Part shown: positions 46,831 through 56,219 of the stretch, in pieces
Layout: each line of letters opens with the position of its first letter
Position numbering within the stretch: position 1 is the first letter of the stretch
Virus record (IMG/VR): IMGVR_UViG_3300037467_000583
Span: 1-64,000 of that record
From: a virus
Taxonomy: Duplodnaviria > Caudoviricetes
Strand: one strand, 5' to 3'
Length of the DNA stretch: 64,000 bases
Notes under the pieces: model-generated
The model's database searches: none
What the model was told of the DNA's origin: nothing
Seen by the model: only the letters and a program-made list of their open reading frames with translations
Program-made: the position numbers and the translations under genes

Positions 46831-47109
46831 TCACACTGTGACCCGATTAGCCAAGAAGCTTGCAAGACGAGTCATCAACTTGTGTTCTGGTGAATACTCG
46901 CCATCTTTTCGGCGTGCAATGGTGTTTGGAAGAACGTCCAGTAAGTCATGCACAGCGTTGATTTCGGCTTGGTACTCTTGTTGACTCTTATAGTAATGAC
47001 CCTTCATATCACTAGCTTGCTTAAGTTTAGACGCAATATCAATAACCTGCTTATCGAGTTCTGCAATCTGACGTTTCAGCGATGCCACACTTTCTTTCTT
47101 GACAGACAT
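46831..47109 (-). CDS. Hypothetical coiled-coil protein
   Basis: Start MSVKK with SD GGGGG. Confidence 0.55.
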   Translation of the reverse strand: MSVKKESVASLKRQIAELDKQVIDIASKLKQASDMKGHYYKSQQEYQAEINAVHDLLDVLPNTIARRKDGEYSPEHKLMTRLASFLANRVTV

Positions 47110-47656
47110 AATTCCCCCCTTAGTTAATTTGAGATTCAAATTCGTTAGCGAATGCCCTGATCTCACTCCAAAGCGCACTTGGATCAAACTCATCAGTGCC
47201 ATCCTCAGCTTCGTAGAAATAGTGATTGCTATGAAGCTTGAGTAGCAAGATCAAATCTTCAAAAACTTCTTTCATACAACTTCCTCCGGGAAGAAATCCT
47301 TGTAGGTCCACTTGCGATAATCCCACAATGCCAGATTGTATGTACCATGGACATCAATGTCGTATTTGTACCAATTCTTGTGCGAGTACACTTCTTCGAT
47401 TCTACGGCCAAGGTGTCTGTGAATAATCTCCACACGAATTATGAATAGAATTGCCACCAAAAATAGTAAGATACCTAAAATTCCGACAGCAAAAATCATA
47501 CAACCTCCTCAATTTCACTAGAATGTAAAATCTGCCAAGTACCTTCGTCATCTACATACCAAGCGTACTCGACAGGGCCGTAAGAATAAGCCACTTTAAC
47601 AATCGTACCAATCTTGTACAAGTGGTCGTCGTGCTCTACCACCACTTTGTAGGATT

Positions 47657-47893
47657 TCATTGTGCGGCAAACAAAGGCTGCTTCTTACTAATTCGCGTAT
47701 CCAATTGGTTCCTCGTCTCGTAGTACCAGATCGCGCCATGAGCATCACGAGCGACAAAGCTCCAAGGGTGAACTTCTACAACATCCTGCGTGCCAACGTC
47801 CCTCACAACGTTGTTACGACATTCGTTGTGGTCGTAGCTGGAACAACCTGTCAGGGCAAGTGATACGGCGGCAAAAGCAATAATCTTTTTCAT
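47657..47893 (-). CDS. Small lipoprotein
   Basis: MKK-hydrophobic-LTG|C lipobox; SD GGAGG. Confidence 0.7.
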   Translation of the reverse strand: MKKIIAFAAVSLALTGCSSYDHNECRNNVVRDVGTQDVVEVHPWSFVARDAHGAIWYYETRNQLDTRISKKQPLFAAQ

Positions 47894-47925
47894 ATTCCCT
47901 CCTTGTTCACGTAACGTGAAATTTC

Positions 47926-47957
47926 AAACAAAATGAACAGAGAGCCTTTCGGCTCTC
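47926..47957 (-). terminator. Intrinsic terminator
   Basis: On the - strand GAGAGCC-GAAA-GGCTCTC then a T-rich tail. Confidence 0.7.
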
Positions 47958-47968
47958 CCTTCTACAAA

Positions 47969-48286
47969 TTACTTCTGCTTCTTCCGACGAGCATACTTCG
48001 TCACGCCTACCAGACCAAACAGGCCGAAGCCGAGGCCTGCCATTGCCAGCGAATCCGAGTTGTCTTCAGCTTGAGCCTTCGGAGCCGAGACGGACACATT
48101 GCAGCAGCCCATTGCAGCGACGTATGGAGCAGAAACATCTTCAGCGTTCACCGAAGGAGCCGACACTTCAGAGTCATTGATATAGGGCGAAGACACGTCA
48201 GATGCTACAGCAGATGCCGAAACAGCTTGTGCAAATGCTGCCGAAGCGAACATAAACAGGAACAGAGCGGTGATAACATTTTTCAT
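47969..48286 (-). CDS. Secreted low-complexity protein with PEP-CTERM-like C-terminal anchor
   Basis: Signal peptide AFA|QA; ~10-aa VSAP repeats; AMAGLGFGLFGLVG then ARRKKQK. Confidence 0.7.
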   Translation of the reverse strand: MKNVITALFLFMFASAAFAQAVSASAVASDVSSPYINDSEVSAPSVNAEDVSAPYVAAMGCCNVSVSAPKAQAEDNSDSLAMAGLGFGLFGLVGVTKYARRKKQK

Positions 48287-48337
48287 TGTGAAGCCTTTCT
48301 TAGTTGTTGTAGAAGCACTGTTGTTCAGTGCAAGAGC

Positions 48338-48366
48338 ATTATGGACGAGTTTAGGGCTGCTGTCAA
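48338..48366 (-). promoter_or_regulatory. sigma70-type promoter
   Basis: TTGACA-17-CATAAT, overlapping the thyX stop. Confidence 0.7.
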
Positions 48367-49010
48367 GCTACTTTGAATACAGAATTCACTTGCTCCGCAA
48401 TCAACCTTGCAAGTTGTACGTGCTCAAGCTGCGTCACACCTTCCTCAAGACGTACTTCAAGGTAGTGAATCCAAGAGCGGATCGTACCATTGACGTACAG
48501 ACGACTCATCGTAAGCCCTTCCGGCAGAATAACACGGGCAACCTCTTTAGCAATGCCACGGTCAAGTGCCCGCTTGTAAGTGTCCTGCACAATTGCCAGA
48601 AGCATCTTCTGCTCACTCTCCCACCAATCTTTCAGTACTTCGTCATCTGCTACTAAACTGTTTTGACGATTCTTGGTGTCTTGCATTCGTAGCTCACGTA
48701 AACAGAAAGCCTGCTCAAGTTGGGTGACATCAGCGTAACGCTGGCTGAACTCCTGAAAGCTAAAACTACGATGACGGAGTAATTGTCGTGCAATGTCACG
48801 AGGGCTCTCAACTTCCACCACAGCGTTACACATCTCAAAAGGTGAAAAATGTTTGTGTTTCAGAAGATATGTTGTGAGTTTCTCTGCTGTATCTACATTC
48901 ATCTGATTCGCAGGGTTAGAAACCCTTGCACAATACGAAATCAGGTCATGCACCGTCTCAAGACCCCCTACAACTGGTTTCGTTACTGCGATAAGTTTTG
49001 CTTTAAACAT
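48363..49010 (-). CDS. thyX: Flavin-dependent thymidylate synthase
   Basis: HFSPFE, RQLLRHRSFSFQEFSQRY, KEVARVILP. Confidence 0.93.
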   Translation of the reverse strand: MFKAKLIAVTKPVVGGLETVHDLISYCARVSNPANQMNVDTAEKLTTYLLKHKHFSPFEMCNAVVEVESPRDIARQLLRHRSFSFQEFSQRYADVTQLEQAFCLRELRMQDTKNRQNSLVADDEVLKDWWESEQKMLLAIVQDTYKRALDRGIAKEVARVILPEGLTMSRLYVNGTIRSWIHYLEVRLEEGVTQLEHVQLARLIAEQVNSVFKVA

Positions 49011-49619
49011 TCTCTTCCATTTCCTTAACCAAATCTTCCACTTCATCTACATACCAACGTTGCAGTTGAACCTTGACAAACTCTCCTCGCTCTTTTACCG
49101 TACCTTCTCGCAGTACCTCTGCCATAAGATTGATAGCGCCCTCAAGATTGTCTTTACGGAAGAAGCCAAAGTTCATCCATTCGTCAGACACAACATAGTA
49201 CTCTTCTTTTTCAGCCTCTTGCAGAGTCTTAAGCTTTTTGTTTGCAAGCTCGATAACATTTGCAAGGTCATCGCGGTCAAGCCCTGCTAGGCGTTCTTCG
49301 TGTGTCACCCCACCACCTCCGTCTCAACATCTTCATAAGTATCATTCCACACAAGAGGAATAACGTCACCTTGATCTTGCTTGAACTTCGCAGTACGAAC
49401 ACTAGCAATCTTACCAATCCCTTCGATGAAAGATTCTTCGCCTTGGGCAAGTTGCCGTGCTGCAAATGCAAACAAATCGTTCTGCTTTTGCTCTAGATTG
49501 GTCCCTTCAAGCTCAAACATATATGATTCAAATTCGTTGATAAAAGATTGCTTAAGAATTTCCTCGTGAATTTCGATTTCATACTCTTTTTCGGTTGTCA
49601 CTCGTACGGTCTTTTTCAT
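49003..49619 (-). CDS. Two hypothetical proteins (49003-49308, 49305-49619)
   Basis: Coupled ORFs. Confidence 0.5.
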
Positions 49620-50527
49620 TTGTTACCATCCTTATATTCAACCAAACCTTGTTCCACTTTCTCCATAAACTTGTCATAGAAATCTTCGTGGAACAGGTCC
49701 ATTACGTTGTAATAATTTTCCCACGCAAATTCGCGCCACCACCCGGAGGCGATCGATGTACAGCACTTCATCAGTGCCATTTCAAAAGCCTCTCGCGGAG
49801 TCTTCTTACCCGGAAACACAGACAAGCTGCGCTCAATTGCGAGCACCATTGCTTCCTCTACAACAGAGTACAATTTCACCTCGTCAGAGCACTTCTCAAA
49901 CATCGCCTTAGAGCACATCACCTCAGCAGTGTTAGGCTTGAAATACTCGTAAGCTGGCCTGTCCAAGTGCTTGACAGCCTCGTGCACCGCGTCATGCTGG
50001 TAGACTTGCACAACACCAGTAACATTGCTATCAAAGAAATCTGCACGAGAAACGTTCAGCTTGGGTGCGCTGTTAGTGTACGTTTCCTTCTCCCGCTGCT
50101 TGAAGAACTCTTCATGCTCCGGTCGAATCTTAGCACCAAGCTTGCGCATGAACAAGATGTCGTCAAGAGTTTTCTTGAAGTGAGGAGAATCTTTTTTGTA
50201 TCGATGCGAAAGTTTTAGCAAGTACAGCATATCAAGTGAAGGCACAAGCCAATCATTACCAGTCACGCCCCAATCATCGTGCTTCCTGATAAAATTGTTA
50301 AGACGCTCTGCCATGCTGTCTTCCCAGCATACCTCAGCCTCAATAATGGTGCCTTCATCATTGCGCATGTAGATGGAACGTCCCTCGTTGATCGGATAGC
50401 ACACTTTGATGCCGACCTTCTGCCGAAACTTCATAATTTCATCGTACGCGCCTAAGATATCAACATCAGCCGGGACACGACCAATATCTACGTGATGCGC
50501 CAAAGCCATGCTACCAATCAAAATCAT
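49616..50527 (-). CDS. Nucleotidyltransferase-like protein
   Basis: N-terminal LIGS.AL...R...DVD motif; LKLSHRY; HDAVH. Confidence 0.55.
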   Translation of the reverse strand: MILIGSMALAHHVDIGRVPADVDILGAYDEIMKFRQKVGIKVCYPINEGRSIYMRNDEGTIIEAEVCWEDSMAERLNNFIRKHDDWGVTGNDWLVPSLDMLYLLKLSHRYKKDSPHFKKTLDDILFMRKLGAKIRPEHEEFFKQREKETYTNSAPKLNVSRADFFDSNVTGVVQVYQHDAVHEAVKHLDRPAYEYFKPNTAEVMCSKAMFEKCSDEVKLYSVVEEAMVLAIERSLSVFPGKKTPREAFEMALMKCCTSIASGWWREFAWENYYNVMDLFHEDFYDKFMEKVEQGLVEYKDGNK

Positions 50528-50544
50528 GTCATGTTTCCTTTACA

Positions 50545-50985
50545 TTAGCAATAAGAAGTCAGCCAGTCCGACACATCGGATTCCATATTTTCTAGCAGGG
50601 CATATAGTTTTCCTACTGCTTCGTTATCATTAATGGCATCGTTGTCCACTTCATCAATTTGAACGGTGTACGGATCGCCGTAAGGATGGTAATCACTTTG
50701 ACGGTCATAGTACGGCAACGTGTACGTGACACCAGACACTTCACTCACAAAGCTTGCCGCCGACAGTAGGTCGTAAGCCCGTGATGCCACGTCATCTACG
50801 TTGCCATCAAAATCATCATCAAGAAGTTCTTCAACAAGCTTCTTGCCCTCTGCAATCTTCTCAGCGATAAACTTAGACGCACCTTGACGAATGCTATTAC
50901 GAGCTTGCTGCATCTCTTTTTGCAGAGCATCATGCTTAGCTTTCATCTCGTTCAGATTTACACCATCAATAATGATTTCTTGCAT
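50545..50985 (-). CDS. W..S..C-terminal family protein 1
   Basis: Start MQEII (SD AAGGA); ends DWLTSYC*. Confidence 0.7.
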   Translation of the reverse strand: MQEIIIDGVNLNEMKAKHDALQKEMQQARNSIRQGASKFIAEKIAEGKKLVEELLDDDFDGNVDDVASRAYDLLSAASFVSEVSGVTYTLPYYDRQSDYHPYGDPYTVQIDEVDNDAINDNEAVGKLYALLENMESDVSDWLTSYC

Positions 50986-50998
50986 TTTATTTTCCTTG

Positions 50999-51223
50999 TT
51001 AGCAATGTGCAGAGCTTGCACGCCAATAAACATAATCACTGTGGTTGTGCCCGCCTTTGGCTTCGTCTGGTAGTTCCAAATCAACGCACACGTTCAAACC
51101 GAACGTCTTCGCCAGCAGCACAGCCTCTCGATACAAGCGTTGAATTTCTTCTACGCGATTTGAAATCTCCGTGATGGCTGTGTGGTCATCTTGTGCCACA
51201 TCCCATGCACTGAATTCTTCCAT
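50999..51223 (-). CDS. W..SS..C-terminal family protein 2
   Basis: Start MEEFS (SD GAGGA); ends YWRASSAHC*. Confidence 0.7.
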   Translation of the reverse strand: MEEFSAWDVAQDDHTAITEISNRVEEIQRLYREAVLLAKTFGLNVCVDLELPDEAKGGHNHSDYVYWRASSAHC

Positions 51224-51230
51224 AATATCC

Positions 51231-51494
51231 TCAGCAATTGTACGACGACGAGTTCCAATCGTTGTGCAGTCCATCAACCGATTCAATAGCATCAGCCAGA
51301 ACGCCGTAAGAGCCACCTAGCTTCACTTCGATGCCAGTCTTCTCGACAACATCCTTAATTTCTGCCAGTAACACTTTAATTTTCTGTACGCGCTCTGCCA
51401 CGCGAGCGTTTGCCTCTTTTGTAGAAATCACTTCCTCGCCAGCTTTAGCCAGCAGTTCATCCAGACGTTTCTTGCTAATAGTTACCGTGCTCAT
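51231..51494 (-). CDS. W..SS..C-terminal family protein 3
   Basis: SD AAGGAG; ends DWNSSSYNC*. Confidence 0.75.
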   Translation of the reverse strand: MSTVTISKKRLDELLAKAGEEVISTKEANARVAERVQKIKVLLAEIKDVVEKTGIEVKLGGSYGVLADAIESVDGLHNDWNSSSYNC

Positions 51495-51515
51495 GTTTTC
51501 TCCTTAAATAAAATT

Positions 51516-51722
51516 TTAGCAACCTTGCGACGAGGGTTGCCAGCCAGCATCACCGTAATAACGTGCGTCTTCGTTACCTTCGTAGTACCCGCCCATACCG
51601 TATGCTGGGCTAAAACTAAAGCCAAGTTTGTGCTCATCTGCTACACTCTCAGCCTCATTCAGTGCATCGTAAGCCTGCTGTACCAACTCTGCAATCTTTG
51701 CTGCTGCTTCTTGTTTCGTCAT
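51516..51722 (-). CDS. W..SS..C-terminal family protein 4
   Basis: SD AAGGAG; ends GWQPSSQGC*. Confidence 0.75.
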   Translation of the reverse strand: MTKQEAAAKIAELVQQAYDALNEAESVADEHKLGFSFSPAYGMGGYYEGNEDARYYGDAGWQPSSQGC

Positions 51723-51738
51723 TTTCTTCTCCTTAAAA

Positions 51739-52056
51739 TTAATAAATTTTTACAGCATGTACAACACGAGGGTCAACCCCCGAAAACACTGCTTTCCATC
51801 GCTCATGAGCATCTACAACACTGTTAATCAATGTATCAGGCTGTTCTCCACCAATTTCAAAGCCAACAAACCAGTCTTCTCCGCTGTAACAATCCAAACA
51901 CACAACAGACATGCCGAGATATCCTAGATTGCCTTCAAGCATATGTTCGATTTGCTCAATGCTCAAATCTGTTTTCTGCAACAAGAAATCTTTAACTTCT
52001 GCTTCTTCTGAAAATCTCCGTCCGATACCTAAAAGTGCATTGTAATCGACTGACAT
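51739..52056 (-). CDS. Hypothetical protein
   Basis: 105 aa, SD GGAGG. Confidence 0.55.
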   Translation of the reverse strand: MSVDYNALLGIGRRFSEEAEVKDFLLQKTDLSIEQIEHMLEGNLGYLGMSVVCLDCYSGEDWFVGFEIGGEQPDTLINSVVDAHERWKAVFSGVDPRVVHAVKIY

Positions 52057-52064
52057 AACCCCTC

Positions 52065-52481
52065 CTACGTACCACTACAATAAAACAAATGATCCGCAAT
52101 CCGCCTGTCAAACTTAACCTTGCTCGCCCAACTTGGCGGTGTGCCCGAATGAAAGCTGTCCACACATTTACTGACAACGGCGTTCATTGTAGCAGCTTTT
52201 TTGAACTTGTCCACAAATTTCTTAGGAATTTTTATCTTCTTAAGATTCATGCCACGCTTCACAGACGAAAACTGATGTGACTCACGCACAACACTGCACA
52301 CACTCTTCTTGCGCTTCTTAGCTCTGTGCCGGATTGTTTGAATCACCCCTGCCACACCTTTTGTTGGCTGGTTGCCAGCTTCCTTGTACGCTACAGCTTT
52401 GAGGCAGATGTCGTCAGCAGCTTTGGCGTTTGCACCTGTTGCTAGCATGAGTGCAAGCAGAATAGCCCCACTGCTGCTCAA
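52065..52481 (-). CDS. SleB/Hydrolase_2 cell wall hydrolase
   Basis: Signal peptide; CLKAVAYKEAG, QFSSV, H.FY. Confidence 0.75.
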   Translation of the reverse strand: MSSSGAILLALMLATGANAKAADDICLKAVAYKEAGNQPTKGVAGVIQTIRHRAKKRKKSVCSVVRESHQFSSVKRGMNLKKIKIPKKFVDKFKKAATMNAVVSKCVDSFHSGTPPSWASKVKFDRRIADHLFYCSGT

Positions 52482-53371
52482 AGATCATCCTCATCACGCC
52501 AACCAAGAAAAATAGGAAAACGATAAGAATCTTTCATGCCCACGGCGAAGAATTTGAACTTAGCCAATTTTCCAAGATATTTCTCTTTGTTAGTCCACAC
52601 TTCTGCACGTCCAGCATCATCAAACCCGCTGCCCATCGTGAAGCGAATACCATCACACTCACAAACAAGAGCACCGAGCGTTCCTGCACCAACCATACCT
52701 TCTTGTGCTTGACTGCGCTGTGTTCGACCTAGCTCGTTCGTTTTAGCCTCGTTGGTATTGGTCATCTTCTCTTCAAAGCCAATCACAACAGCCTCCGCGT
52801 CAGAGAACCGTTTGATCTTGCCAATGATGCCTTCCTTGGCTGTAGAGCGGCCTTGTTTGTACTTGCCATCGATAGACCTCACCATAACGCCTTCATAGCC
52901 GTCATCTAGACACTTCTGCTCAAAAGTTGCCAACTCTTCAGGCGAATTAACAACCACTTGATCGATTACAAAAACTTGATGTCCGTGCCACATCGCTTGA
53001 ACTGCGCGTAGGCGACTTTCATACGGACCCCCAACAAATACGTTATCAAACACAGCAAGGCGCAGTTCACGCTTGTCAAACTCAGGCTTGAGTTCAGTTG
53101 CCATCACAGTCTGAGTAGTGAGATTGAACACGTTATGCGCTACCCAATCGCCATACAACACTTCGCCGTCAAAACCTTGATATTCAGGCTTGCCGAACAG
53201 TTCCTGCACAACCTTGCTGCGAATAGGTTTCATCGAGCGAGAATAGACAACATTGTCAATAATAACCACTCGGATGCCATCAAGTTTGACGCTTGCATAC
53301 AGAGGGTAATTTAATGAAGATGTGTCTTCGCAAGTGAATGCGAGCATTGGTTTAAATTTTGGTAAAGTCAT
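52478..53371 (-). CDS. ATP-dependent DNA ligase
   Basis: KLDGIR, FDGEV, VFD, EGVMVR, RFPIF. Confidence 0.92.
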   Translation of the reverse strand: MTLPKFKPMLAFTCEDTSSLNYPLYASVKLDGIRVVIIDNVVYSRSMKPIRSKVVQELFGKPEYQGFDGEVLYGDWVAHNVFNLTTQTVMATELKPEFDKRELRLAVFDNVFVGGPYESRLRAVQAMWHGHQVFVIDQVVVNSPEELATFEQKCLDDGYEGVMVRSIDGKYKQGRSTAKEGIIGKIKRFSDAEAVVIGFEEKMTNTNEAKTNELGRTQRSQAQEGMVGAGTLGALVCECDGIRFTMGSGFDDAGRAEVWTNKEKYLGKLAKFKFFAVGMKDSYRFPIFLGWRDEDDL

Positions 53372-54755
53372 TTAATTTCCTTATCAAACACAATCGTGTT
53401 ACGCTTAAAATGAGGCTGCATTCCCATATAGATAGCAGGGCCGAACACTTGCATGATGCTCCACAGCGAATCGCGCAGGACATCACCCTCTTTACGCTCA
53501 GCAGGACGATAGTGCTTAAACTGCGAGTAATAACTGTTATACACGTCTGCGCCGTAGCTCGTCAAGGTCACTTCCACAATTTCGTTAATGTTGATTTCAA
53601 ATTTCACCCTTTCGTCTCCTCTAAAAATTCTCTAGCAGCGTCCCACTGATCTTGAAAATCTGCCGTGGTTTGCCAGCTACTCCAGTAAGCGTCATCCATC
53701 GCTTCGACTAGCTCTTTGAGTAATAAGTAAGGTGTGTTTTTCGGGTGATTCATCATCGCTCCCTATCATTTCCAAAACCAAGTTCTTCTTTGGCACGCTG
53801 CTCTGGTGTGCGGGCATCTTCTACACGAGACATCTTAGCAAGATTTTGTACAGTTACAGTGAAACCCCTCCGTTTATCCTCTGCAATGGCTTCGTCGCAG
53901 TAGGAGAAATACCAGTACGGGCAGCGATGGTTGGCACTCTCAACAAACACAACTTTGCACTCGCCTTTGTGTTCTTCACAGGAACCGTCACATTCATTGT
54001 TCCATGCTCGATCAAACACATAATTTTTAAGCTCGTCAACTGTTATCATACCAAGTCCTCCTTAAGAATATTGTCAGGAACTTTGTTCAGCAAATCATCC
54101 ATCTTCTCTCGCAGCCATGCATCTGTGTTTGGTGGGAATTTTTTGACGATTAGATTTTCATGTGCTACCAAGTATTGACCCTTATTTGGAAATTCTGCAA
54201 CGTAGCAATCTAGATACCCTTTATTACCCTTGTTGTCTGTTGTCAAACGCCGAGCGCGACCACCTGAAACAGTACACTCCAGTCCGACAAATTCTGGATA
54301 TAAGAAACCATTCTTATTTATTGTCACACAAACTGAACCTACTGAGATGTTCATACGCCCTCCGCTTTGATCCGTTCAATCTCTTCAAGTTGTGCTCGCA
54401 AGCTTGCTTCCCGGCGAAGTTTAGATTACTTGTCATACTCACGTTGTTGGCGTTCTAGCTCCTCAATCTTACGAATTTCTTCTGCAAACACTTGTGCACA
54501 CTCTTCACTTGTTGCGAAAATGTTCTTACCTAGCTGAAACACGCTGCCAGAACCAACGCCCGTCTCGTCGCACATGTATTCCTCAACATATCCTTTTTGT
54601 GGCTTATAGTTGTCACCGAAACTATAAGAACTATCGCCCTTACTGTCGGTGTGCGTTATGCGAATCTGCCCGATAGTCACACTCTGTGGCCACTTAGTAC
54701 CATGCATGAAAACATACGCCACATCGCCAATGTTAAACTTACTTTCAAACTTCAT
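53368..54755 (-). CDS. Cluster of small hypothetical ORFs (53368-53607, 53753-54049, 54046-54354, 54426-54755)
   Basis: Coupled ORFs with SDs downstream of the promoter at 54783. Confidence 0.5.
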
Positions 54756-54782
54756 ACACCCTCCTTGTCAAAATGTTCGCTC

Positions 54783-54811
54783 ATTGTAGGCTGCGATGAA
54801 GATCATGTCAA
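54783..54811 (-). promoter_or_regulatory. Leftward promoter of the divergent pair
   Basis: TTGACA-17-TACAAT. Confidence 0.75.
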
Positions 54812-54857
54812 GCGCAAAATTCTTACGGCTGTTGTTAGAAATCTTACGCAGAGGGGC

Positions 54858-54886
54858 TTGACATAGAAGCTCTACTGTGCCATCAT
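54858..54886 (+). promoter_or_regulatory. Rightward promoter of the divergent pair
   Basis: TTGACA-17-CATCAT. Confidence 0.55.
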
Positions 54887-54917
54887 ACACACGTTCACAA
54901 CAATTTTAGGAGGAATC

Positions 54918-55547
54918 ATGCGAGTACGAGTAACCCGTGTCACAGATGACAACTGGTACAAAGTGGGGGAAGAATACGAAGTGGAGAGCAAGCCAGTGCA
55001 CCGAGGCGGTTATGATTACTACCCACTTGTAGAGGATAAGAACGTAGGTATTGGCCCTGAGCATTGCGAAGTGATTAAAGAGCAACTAAAATTTCCGTTC
55101 CGTGTACGTTGCATTGACAACATGAACGCAGAAGAACAGCTTGAGGAAGGAAAAGTTTACACTGCGATTGGCGAAAACGTGTGGAACGATGCATGCGATT
55201 TCTATCTTGAAGGTATGAAATGCTCTTGGTCGCAACACCGATTTGAAATTGTAGAAGATGAAGTGGAACAACAAGACGATGAGTACACGGGTGGTTCCGT
55301 CAGCTACTACACCGTGCCAGTAGACAATCCCACAGACCCGGACAAAGCACCTTACACCGCTGAGTGCAACGATATCATCGAAGCTCTTGGTATGAACTAT
55401 GCTGAAGGGAATGCTTTCAAAGCCATCTGGCGCTCTTGTGCGGCACGCAAGTTCGGAGTTGCTAAGAAGGGCTACGATGATGGTTTGTACGACGCACAGA
55501 AAGTTGTGTTTTTTGGGCAGCGTATGGTTGCTCTGGCTAATAAATGA
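54918..55547 (+). CDS. DUF3310/T7 gp1.7-like protein with two N-terminal small beta repeats
   Basis: SYY..ECNDIIEALGMNYAEGNAFKAIWR..D..K. Confidence 0.6.
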   Translation: MRVRVTRVTDDNWYKVGEEYEVESKPVHRGGYDYYPLVEDKNVGIGPEHCEVIKEQLKFPFRVRCIDNMNAEEQLEEGKVYTAIGENVWNDACDFYLEGMKCSWSQHRFEIVEDEVEQQDDEYTGGSVSYYTVPVDNPTDPDKAPYTAECNDIIEALGMNYAEGNAFKAIWRSCAARKFGVAKKGYDDGLYDAQKVVFFGQRMVALANK

Positions 55548-56189
55548 TTTCTAAATCCTAGAAATGAATACAAGTAAAAATTAGGTGCCGAACCACTGAC
55601 GTAGCACCCTTGGGATCAACGCATAGGGTAGGCTCTACCGGGAAACTGTGTGGAGCTTGCCCCTCTTGCCCGTTCATCATCCTCAAAAACACGTTTCTGA
55701 AAACGCGCCCTTCCTCTACACAGCACCGAACGGTGCAAGCCCCTCCCTGCCGCTTCTAGAGCAGCTTTCAAAAGTTTTAGACAAAGCTTCGCCATTACAG
55801 CATTGTTGCTGTTTCTTTCAGGCAAAACATCACCTTACCCCACCTAGTATGTGAGATTTCGCAGAGGGACAGTTTCCCTATATGTCATGTTACGCCTGTG
55901 TGACGAGACATGTTCCACATGTGCCCTAGTAGTTCTGATAGGGCGTCATCGTTGTTTGAGCGTTATCTACCTCACAGAAGATAGGGTTCGTAAGAATTAC
56001 AATCACGTTACGCCTTTCTTTTGTAGATGTACAGCAAATTCTCACGCTTTTTGGTGAGAATTGTAAGAATGTTGTAGGAGTTGGCTTACGTGGACAGGAT
56101 AACAACTGTTTATGCATACAGGTGAGATGTGGAAATTCACTGCCTAGCACGATTCTGAACAGAAAGATAGGGGTTGTACGAAAAAATTC
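55547..56189. other. ~640-bp non-coding region dense in inverted repeats
   Basis: No credible ORF; at least seven stem-loops. Confidence 0.65.
55576..55638 (+). repeat. Degenerate repeat copy A
   Basis: AAAAATTAGGTGCCGA..GTAGCACCCTTGGGA..CTCTAC. Confidence 0.65.
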
Positions 56190-56219
56190 TTGACAGCCGA
56201 ATATAAGTAGCGATAAGAT
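56190..56219 (+). promoter_or_regulatory. sigma70-type promoter
   Basis: TTGACA-18-TAAGAT. Confidence 0.6.

Noticed and set aside
55580-55640. Hammerhead or other ribozyme, or tRNA/tmRNA, in the non-coding island
   Set aside because: CTGACG is not followed by the GA..GAAA core; no TTCRA T-loop cloverleaf or tmRNA ends found by eye.
22758-56052. 13-nt complementarity between the sRNA 5' region (22758-22770) and 56040-56052
   Set aside because: Many 13-mer matches are expected by chance in a two-strand self-comparison of 64 kb, and the match includes a homopolymer.
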